Source: Gracilinanus agilis (lineage: Eukaryota). From it: a stretch of DNA of 64,000 nt. This document shows positions 38,401-64,000 of this stretch, in pieces. The stretch lies in NCBI RefSeq assembly GCF_016433145.1, contig NC_058130.1:92022595-92086594 (forward strand). The letters run 5' to 3'. Each line of letters opens with the position of its first letter. The stretch's first letter is position 1. The notes under the pieces are model-generated. The model searched no databases and was not told the DNA's origin. It saw only the letters and a list, made by a program, of their open reading frames with translations. Made by a program: the position numbers and the translations under genes.

Positions 38401-41211
38401 AATGACAGGACACAAAGAGTAGTTATTAAGGGTTCATTGTCAGCTTGGAAGGAGATCTCCAGGGGAGGGAGTGCACACAGAGCTGTGATTGGCCTTGTAT
38501 GTGATTCTTTCATGGACTCAAATGAAGGAATGAATGGCATATTTATTAAGTTTGTAGATGACACAGCTGGGAGAATTGGCTAACATACTGTACAAGAGAA
38601 TCAAGGTGCAAAAGATCTCGAAAAGTTAAAATATTTTTTTGGGCTCTTAATATGGAGACATTTAATAGGGATAAATGTGAAGTCCTACATTTGGGCTTAA
38701 GAAATTGACTCCACAACTACAAGATGGAGGAGAATGTTTAGGTAGTAGTTTGTCTGAAAAAGATCTTCATGTTTTAGTGGACTGCAAGCTCAACATGAAC
38801 TATATGGTAATAGAATCATAGGCTGTATTAAAACAAAACTCCCAAGAATCAAGAAGGGCCTGGTCCCACATCTGAAGGTTTGTGTCCAGTTCTGGCTAAT
38901 CCATTTTAGAAAGAACATTGAAAAGCTGGAGAGCATCTGAACGGTTGATTGAAGTAAGGATGTTTAAACTTCCTAAGAATGAGGCTGTGAAGACTTCATG
39001 CAACTCTGCCTCACTTAAATCAAATTCACTCTCAAACCATCACTCCATGTTGCCATTGATCCTCTTAGAAAATGAAGGATAAACAAAACTACACTCCAAG
39101 AAACCTCCATCAATGTCCTAGTGCACTAAACTACTCCTTAAAATTTCACCATTGTTTCCCTAAGGTTTCCCTAAAGCCTTCCCCAGTATCTCTTGTATCT
39201 CCAGTCCCCCTAGGAAATCTTCCTTAACTTTTCAAACTTCCCTCAATAGCCTATATATCCAAACACCACAGGAAACTGCACCCAATGACTCCTGTATCCT
39301 CCAGCACTTTATAAACCTACTTGAATTTACCCTAGGACTCTTAACATACCCAGGAAACCTCTCCCGTGTCCATTTTGTTCCCTAACCCTATTGACTGTCA
39401 GAATCCTAGGATCCCATCCTCCAGTGTCCTCTGTGCTCCTCAACATGCTTCATCCACCTCCAAATATTCTGTCAGACTGCCAACATCCCAGAAAACTTCC
39501 CTAGTGTCTTCCTTTGAGCCCCCAAATCCTGAAAGCCTCTCCTAACGCCCTTTAGGAATCCTAAACTCAGCCTTCTCTCAATCCCCCCCAAGACCCCAAA
39601 CCTCTTTCCTTTCTGTCCTAACCCCATTCTCCTGTTCTTTACATCTTATTTGGCCCCTGACCACAGGTGGCCTTAGGGCTAGTTCAGGTGGCACATGATC
39701 TGGATGTAGCTCCCACCCTGGACCAGCTCCTGGGGGCAGCTGATACTCTACAGGCCCAGGTGTCACAAAATAAACTACAGTTTCGGGAGGCCCAGGAGCA
39801 AGCAGAACAGGCATCAGACACAGCTGCAAACTTGGGCAAGGTGAGGCAGGGGCCTTCTTCCTGATTACTGCCAAGGTTTGCCAGGATCATGTGTCCTGGG
39901 ATACAGGGGCAGTACCCAGAAGAACAGAGGTCTCAAGACACCCTATTGTGGAAATTGATTCCCGGGTGGTTGGTTTCTGAATGGTGTGGCAGGAACACAA
40001 GGGAGAGAGGGGGAGAGGAGGATAGGAAAGGGATAGAATTCCAAGATGACTGGCCCTTTCTGGCCTTACCTCCCTCTTCCCTCCCTGGTTCTCCTTTGCC
40101 CCAAGGACCTGCAGACAGCCAAGCTACAGTTCTCAGAGCTGCAGTCTGGGATCAGTGGTCTTGGGGATGAAGTGAATGGGGCCAAAGATCGTTTGCAGCG
40201 AATTCAGACAGAAGCCAAGGAACTGCTGAAGAAAGCAAGCAGGAACCGAAACCGTCTAGAGGGTGAGGCTATGGATGTGTGTACCTGGTGGGATATCAAA
40301 AATTTGAGGATTTCATGAGAGCCTTGGGTGTTTTGGGGACTCAATGAACCCCAGAAAGCTCTAGTGTTTGGGGCAGATTTCTCGGGGAAATCTCATATGT
40401 TTAGAAGGGGTTCAGAACCCTGAGTGTCAAAGGGTTTCTGAAGTACTAAGAATTTGGAGGCCTTTCTCAGAGGTGTCCTAGATGCTAGGGGGTCCCCTAA
40501 AGCCATAAATATTGGAGGGCTCAGAATGGTTGGGGAAGGTCTTTGAGAGTAAGGTCTTAAGAAGATGTTGAAGTCCCAAGTACAGGGGTTTCTGAGCCAG
40601 GTAGTAGGGTTTTCTGAATATTGGAGATGGGTTTTCAGGAGGCCTTGGATGTTTGGTAGTCTTAGTGGTCCTTAGATGTTTAGGGTTCTTGGGTGAGAGA
40701 AGCCCAGGTATTTGTGGGTTACAAAAGCCTTTGCTGTTAGGGAAGCTCAGGGTGTATGAGATTTTCAGGAGACACTAAGTATTTGGGTTCATGAATACTG
40801 GGATCTTTTGGAGCCCTGGACACTTGGATTTTTTTATGAGGCCTAAAGTGTCTTGGGGTAGAGGGATGTTATTGGCCATGGGTGTTTGGGGCCTTGAATG
40901 TTAGAGATTACAGAGGACCTTGAATGTTGGGGGATCTCTGAATTGGTAGGGGTCCTGAAGTTCCAGAGGGCCTGGGGTGTCTGGGGATTTTAAGGGTTCC
41001 TGAGGATTGGGAGGTGATGGGGGCTAGGTTGGTGTTTGGGGCCCTGCCCTGCCTCAGCTTTGTGTTCGGTTTACCAGGCCTGGAGAAACGTTTTGCTCGG
41101 AATGAGCAGGCACTTGGAGAGAAGGCAGCTGAGCTTCAGGCCCTGGAGAGTAGAGCCTTGGGGCTGCTGGAGCAGCTGAGGCAGGAGGCCAGTGCCCACG
41201 CCACCTGCTGA
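11266..41211 (+). CDS. LAMB2L: Laminin beta-2-like chain, intact multi-exon gene (34 coding exons, 5541 nt, 1846 aa); positional counterpart of human pseudogene LAMB2P1
   Basis: join(11266-11404,11535-11716,11956-12070,12247-12320,12757-12945,13048-13111,15037-15242,15442-15562,15657-15845,15994-16173,16705-16817,19206-19285,19410-19566,19957-20106,20320-20478,20566-20687,20815-20935,23393-23585,24248-24391,24494-24725,24873-25036,27255-27494,27661-27881,30946-31042,31374-31746,31942-32111,32197-32438,32838-33005,33143-33281,34213-34402,35284-35425,39667-39840,40106-40262,41078-41211). No stops or frameshifts; intron phases match the neighbouring LAMB2. Confidence 0.9.
11535..11716 (+). CDS. 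LAMB2L: LAMB2L exon 2 (LN start)
   Basis: ctcag|ta; ...[19 protein letters not shown]...[12 protein letters not shown]; |gtgtgt. Confidence 0.9.
11956..12070 (+). CDS. LAMB2L: LAMB2L exon 3 (LN)
   Basis: tccag|[38 protein letters not shown]|gtgagg. Confidence 0.92.
12247..12320 (+). CDS. LAMB2L: LAMB2L exon 4 (LN)
   Basis: [25 protein letters not shown]; 74 nt as in LAMB2. Confidence 0.93.
12757..12945 (+). CDS. LAMB2L: LAMB2L exon 5 (LN)
   Basis: [29 protein letters not shown]...IEPSSQGE; 189 nt as in LAMB2. Confidence 0.93.
13048..13111 (+). CDS. LAMB2L: LAMB2L exon 6 (LN)
   Basis: [21 protein letters not shown]; 64 nt as in LAMB2. Confidence 0.93.
15037..15242 (+). CDS. LAMB2L: LAMB2L exon 7 (LN end, LE1 start)
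   Basis: [19 protein letters not shown]...[23 protein letters not shown]. Confidence 0.93.
15442..15562 (+). CDS. LAMB2L: LAMB2L exon 8 (LE1)
   Basis: [40 protein letters not shown]; 121 nt. Confidence 0.93.
15657..15845 (+). CDS. LAMB2L: LAMB2L exon 9 (LE2)
   Basis: [29 protein letters not shown]...; 189 nt. Confidence 0.93.
15994..16173 (+). CDS. LAMB2L: LAMB2L exon 10 (LE3)
   Basis: [15 protein letters not shown]...[14 protein letters not shown]; 180 nt. Confidence 0.93.
16705..16817 (+). CDS. LAMB2L: LAMB2L exon 11 (LE4)
   Basis: [37 protein letters not shown]; 113 nt. Confidence 0.93.
18601..18803 (-). mobile_element. Marsupial SINE (SINE-1_MD-like)
   Basis: Full-length antisense copy; aaatagac duplicated at both flanks. 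Confidence 0.9.
19206..19285 (+). CDS. LAMB2L: LAMB2L exon 12 (LE4/LE5)
   Basis: [26 protein letters not shown]; 80 nt. Confidence 0.93.
19410..19566 (+). CDS. LAMB2L: LAMB2L exon 13 (LE5, LF start)
   Basis: [52 protein letters not shown]|gtgagt; 8 codons longer than in LAMB2. Confidence 0.9.
19957..20106 (+). CDS. LAMB2L: LAMB2L exon 14: extra 150-nt phase 0-0 exon with no LAMB2 counterpart
   Basis: ccttcag|[50 protein letters not shown]|gtgaat; open frame; all 7 CpGs sit in Arg codons. Confidence 0.75.
20320..20478 (+). CDS. LAMB2L: LAMB2L exon 15 (LF)
   Basis: AAVEPRPW...[10 protein letters not shown]...[13 protein letters not shown]; 159 nt as LAMB2 exon 14. Confidence 0.92.
20566..20687 (+). 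CDS. LAMB2L: LAMB2L exon 16 (LF)
   Basis: [40 protein letters not shown]. Confidence 0.92.
20815..20935 (+). CDS. LAMB2L: LAMB2L exon 17 (LF)
   Basis: [24 protein letters not shown]...GGTILLDS. Confidence 0.92.
23393..23585 (+). CDS. LAMB2L: LAMB2L exon 18 (LF end)
   Basis: [34 protein letters not shown]...[18 protein letters not shown]; 193 nt as in LAMB2. Confidence 0.92.
24248..24391 (+). CDS. LAMB2L: LAMB2L exon 19 (LE)
   Basis: [24 protein letters not shown]...GFGPAGCS; 144 nt. Confidence 0.93.
24494..24725 (+). CDS. LAMB2L: LAMB2L exon 20 (LE)
   Basis: [20 protein letters not shown]...TTGRHCE; 232 nt. Confidence 0.93.
24873..25036 (+). CDS. LAMB2L: LAMB2L exon 21 (LE)
   Basis: [23 protein letters not shown]...CVCAPGYA; 164 nt. 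Confidence 0.93.
25509..25709 (-). mobile_element. Marsupial SINE (SINE-1_MD-like)
   Basis: Antisense copy with T-tail. Confidence 0.85.
26141..26347 (+). mobile_element. Young marsupial SINE (SINE-1_MD-like)
   Basis: Full length; 13-bp TSD AAGGGAAAAACAG at 26128-26140 and 26348-26360. Confidence 0.92.
27255..27494 (+). CDS. LAMB2L: LAMB2L exon 22 (LE)
   Basis: [14 protein letters not shown]...[17 protein letters not shown]...GCR. Confidence 0.93.
27661..27881 (+). CDS. LAMB2L: LAMB2L exon 23 (LE)
   Basis: [13 protein letters not shown]...[27 protein letters not shown]. Confidence 0.93.
28589..28835 (-). mobile_element. MAR1-like SINE
   Basis: ttttcttggcaaagatagtagagtggtttgccattttcttctc tail plus CORE; boundaries approximate. 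Confidence 0.7.
29843..30026 (-). mobile_element. L1 3' end fragment abutting the assembly gap
   Basis: ttacat/aataacaaatttccaca...gttacataatccaaat...gatctgggttatacat motif, recurring at 61037-61335. Confidence 0.55.
30027..30160. other. Assembly gap (134 N) in LAMB2L intron 23
   Basis: N run. Confidence 0.99.
30492..30715 (+). mobile_element. Non-autonomous hAT/Charlie-type DNA transposon (MITE)
   Basis: Ends gattggtggtgaacct...aggtttgccaacatgg approximate a 16-bp TIR CAGTGATGGCGAACCT; flanks acctaaga and gcctaagg resemble an 8-bp TSD. Confidence 0.65.
30946..31042 (+). CDS. LAMB2L: LAMB2L exon 24 (LE)
   Basis: [32 protein letters not shown]; 97 nt. Confidence 0.93.
31374..31746 (+). CDS. 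LAMB2L: LAMB2L exon 25 (last LE, coiled-coil start), ends at a GC donor
   Basis: CACDPQGS...[15 protein letters not shown]...RDGL; CAG|GCAAGA gives 373 nt, identical to LAMB2 exon 24. Confidence 0.88.
31942..32111 (+). CDS. LAMB2L: LAMB2L exon 26 (coiled coil)
   Basis: [15 protein letters not shown]...[13 protein letters not shown]; phase 2-1 as in LAMB2. Confidence 0.85.
32197..32438 (+). CDS. LAMB2L: LAMB2L exon 27 (coiled coil)
   Basis: [17 protein letters not shown]...[14 protein letters not shown]...SLAQLK; 242 nt as in LAMB2. Confidence 0.87.
32838..33005 (+). CDS. LAMB2L: LAMB2L exon 28 (L-beta knob)
   Basis: [26 protein letters not shown]...TRLGRLRRR|gtaagg. Confidence 0.87.
33143..33281 (+). 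CDS. LAMB2L: LAMB2L exon 29 (coiled coil)
   Basis: [22 protein letters not shown]...IQRIRAFLT|gtaagg. Confidence 0.85.
34213..34402 (+). CDS. LAMB2L: LAMB2L exon 30 (coiled coil)
   Basis: [22 protein letters not shown]...LLQQAQWA. Confidence 0.9.
35284..35425 (+). CDS. LAMB2L: LAMB2L exon 31 (coiled coil)
   Basis: [47 protein letters not shown]; 142 nt. Confidence 0.87.
35939..36120 (+). mobile_element. Marsupial SINE inserted in the CR1
   Basis: gggcagctaggtggctcagtgg head; imperfect TSD aaaagtggataa / aaaagtaggtaa. Confidence 0.85.
36900..37106 (-). mobile_element. Marsupial SINE inserted in the CR1
   Basis: Antisense SINE-1_MD-like body. Confidence 0.8.
39667..39840 (+). CDS. LAMB2L: LAMB2L exon 32 (coiled coil)
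   Basis: [12 protein letters not shown]...[28 protein letters not shown]. Confidence 0.87.
40106..40262 (+). CDS. LAMB2L: LAMB2L exon 33 (coiled coil)
   Basis: [15 protein letters not shown]...[27 protein letters not shown]. Confidence 0.88.
41078..41211 (+). CDS. LAMB2L: LAMB2L exon 34 (C-terminus)
   Basis: [44 protein letters not shown]. Confidence 0.9.
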
Positions 41212-41399
41212 TGCACCCAAGCCCAGCAAAACAAAGACACTCCCAAGATAGAGTCCCTCCAGGTTCTCCCTCCCACCCCCACCCCCCAAAGATGCCTCCT
41301 GCAGAGGGATCCCCTCTCTTTACTGCCCCGCATAGAGGAACCCAGGCCCCCTGCCCCACCGAAGCTCTGTAGCTCCTCCCGCTCCATCAGTCAGCCCTG

Positions 41400-41700
41400 C
41401 CTCTAAGTGCCCTCCGCTCCCGCTAGTCACTTAATCTTGCCGGAAAGCTATGGAACTATCACTCTCAGTTCTGCCCCTGAACCTCTCCTGCCCCTCCCCA
41501 AGTCCCGCCTCTGGAGCCCCCCGGGGGACAGGGCGGGGCGCGCCCTCCCTCGCGCTCCCGCCCTCGCTACGGGCTCGCGCATTCCGGGACCCTCGCCGCC
41601 GGCGCAGAGACTGCGCGCGCCCGGCCCACCACAAAGTCCGGAGCGGATCAGGCAGCAGCGGACCGCGGACGGAGCCGGGCCCATCAGCAGGCTCTTCTGA
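41400..41700. promoter_or_regulatory. CpG island, probable LAMB2 upstream promoter
   Basis: Dense CpG (cgcgctcccgccctcgctacgggctcgcgc...), GC box gggcggggcg at 41531-41540; about 2 kb upstream of the LAMB2 ATG. Confidence 0.7.
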
Positions 41701-43714
41701 TGCCTCAGCCTGGATTTCTGTTGTCTCTAGTTTTTGCATGGTTCTTTCTTCATTCCGTCCCCAGTAATCCTGCGTGCTGCACCCATTCCTCCACTGGGAA
41801 ACCGAAGAAACCTGTGCTGGTGCAGAATGGAAAGGATGGGCCTCTCCTCTCTTTGGATTCTCATCCCAGGGAAGAAGGAAAAGAGAACCCTGGCCAGCCT
41901 GGGCCTTGAGATTGAGAAGTGGATAATCTGAAGCATATGGACACCTACCTCCTCCAACCCCTAGCACTTGGTCATTTGGGGTCCCCTCAGAAATCCCCAA
42001 GCCTTCCTTGCCCCACCCACACTGAAGAGAATAGGCAGCCTTTCCTTTATGGCCTTATAGCTCTCCCTAGATATTCCCTTCTGCTTTAGCACTGAGCCAG
42101 GCCTGGACATAGGATATAACTTTGCAATCTGTTTTACTCAACATGAAGTATCTGCTGTGTGCAAAGTTCTGCTGGGCTTTGAGGGAAATAACAGTGGTTA
42201 GGTAAGATGGTCCAAGGCTGCCTGGAAGAAACCTCAGATTCACTGCCTTCATTTTAGAGGAGAAAACTGGGGCCCAGAGGAGTCTCATAGAACTTGTTAA
42301 AGATCACATAACTGATAAAAATTAAAGTCAAAGTTAGACCCCAATTCAGTACTCTTTCTACCATACCTGGGTGAAAAAAAATACACTAGCATGCTAAGTG
42401 CATCTTCACTTATAAAAAGGAACCTCTTCACTGGCCTCCCCAGCCTTTAATCTCATCCTTCTCTCCAATCTATCTTGCATAAAATGCTATCGTAATCCAT
42501 CTGATGCTTTACTCTGACCTTCCTCTGCTCTGAAACCTTCAGTGAATCCCCTTTGCCCACAGAATAAAAGCATATAATTCTAGATTCATAGGCCATCAAA
42601 TCCAAGAATATAGACTCCTACACTTTGCAGAAAGTGGATCTGACACCCTCAGAAAGCTGAAAGATTTACTAAGGCCACAGCTGGCCAATGACAGAGCCAG
42701 TACCAGGCTCCCAACTCTCCAGGCTACATATATTCCCCAGCGGTGAGAGTGTGAAGCAACCTCATTTCCTAATTCAATCTCTTCCCAGGCTTCAAGGCTT
42801 ATCTAGTTCCAGGAATCCTCTTAGATTGGTATCTCTTCCTATCTGTTTAGCCAGATTTTGACATTTTAAAACCTTTTCCCAATCCTTTCCCCATCCTTCA
42901 AGGATTATTTTAGGTCCCAGGAAGCTTCTGAACTTCCTCTGTCTCACCTCCTCAGCCAGATTTGCTAGTGAGAGCCAAACCTGACCCCGTTTCTCCCCAT
43001 TCCCCGCAGCCCCTTGCACTGACCTAGGCTAGGGGAAATAAACATAAAGCTAGTGACTCTGATTGGCCTCTGTGCTGTGTCCCATCCCTTTTTACTATAT
43101 AAGATCATAGAATTTCAAACCAGAGGATATTTTAGAGAAGATTTGGACCTTCACTTTAACTTTAAATATGGGGGGAAGGTTAAATGGTTTGCCCATGGTC
43201 AAGGAAATAAACATGAATCAACCTTGAATTTTTTTTTAACTTAAATTTTCTAATTCCAAATCCAATGATCTTTCCACTTTCCCATATCCCAGAACTGTGG
43301 AAAGGGGACAGGAAAAGGGAACCATCTCTCTGTCTCCTCCCCATGCCCTGTTAACCACTCATTCCTAGCTGGGAGAGCCAGGATAAAACTCCCTTGAAAG
43401 GGAAGTCATAGTTACCCCATCCCGGTTGGGCCTCGCCTGACTCCAGACCAGGCTTTTTCTCTAGCTGCTGCCCTTCCCAACTTTCTCCAAAGTCGGCCAG
43501 GAGAGATCCCGAGCTAAGTTAGGAACCCGGGATTGGGGCAGTTAGGAGCCCAGGGGCTAGGGCTGGAATTGGAGCCAGAGCCCTAAACCAAGGGGTAAAG
43601 AGTAGAGTTGGGGGTTGCCTAAGGGGCAAGAAAACCTCCACAGGGGCCAGGTCTGGAGCTCGGTTTGAAGTTGGGGGGAGGCATCCCAGGAACTGCCAAT
43701 CACTCCTGTAACGC

Positions 43715-43752
43715 ACCAGCCTCCCTCCCTAACTTCTTTCCTTGCCACCAAG
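43715..43752 (+). promoter_or_regulatory. Branch point, polypyrimidine tract and AG ending exactly at the LAMB2 ATG (5' UTR intron)
   Basis: ccctaac-ttctttccttgccaccaag|ATG; nearest candidate donor aa|GTTAGG at 43518. Confidence 0.5.

Positions 43753-64000
<20,248 letters not shown>

Larger units (their letters stand above)
35630..38940 (+). mobile_element. Decayed CR1/L3 LINE (ORF1 esterase and ORF2 EN/RT remnants), interrupted by SINEs
   Basis: ORF1-like [29 protein letters not shown] near 35665-35760; RT-like [10 protein letters not shown] near 38533-38565. Confidence 0.75.

Noticed and set aside
38347-38583. ORF containing FVDDT as an active reverse transcriptase
   Set aside because: Short remnant of a heavily mutated CR1/L3 with stops and frameshifts on both sides
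11266-41211. LAMB2L as a pseudogene, as in human
   Set aside because: No stop, frameshift or broken splice site found once the GC donor at 31747 is allowed; expression still needs proof
41407-42000. Several overlapping Pro/Arg/Gly-rich ORFs
   Set aside because: Typical artefact of a CpG island, which has few stop codons

Overview
Marsupial genomic DNA, most likely a didelphid opossum such as Monodelphis domestica, judged from young SINE-1_MD-type and MAR1-type SINEs. There is one 134-N gap at 30027-30160. Three genes lie on the + strand, in the order known from human 3p21.31: (1) CCDC71, a single coding exon at 6695-7819 (374 aa); (2) a LAMB2-like paralog at 11266-41211; (3) LAMB2 proper from 43753, with 28 complete coding exons and a 29th cut by the window edge. 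The main result concerns gene 2. It occupies the position of the human pseudogene LAMB2P1 (LAMB2L), but my exon-by-exon reading gives a fully open 34-exon, 5541-nt CDS (1846 aa): LN, LE repeats, LF, LE repeats, coiled coil and a terminal Cys. All splice phases are compatible, and all 11 exon-length differences from LAMB2 that can be measured in the window are multiples of 3. The chain is not a plain copy of LAMB2. It has an extra 150-nt cassette-type exon with Cys-bracketed furin-type polybasic sites, an RGD in the LF domain, two further extra cysteines, a 4-Cys L-beta knob, a GC-AG intron and a strongly diverged coiled coil. Introns are full of SINEs, L2, L1 ends, a long decayed CR1/L3 and hAT-type MITEs. 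All exon calls were made by eye and need RNA confirmation.
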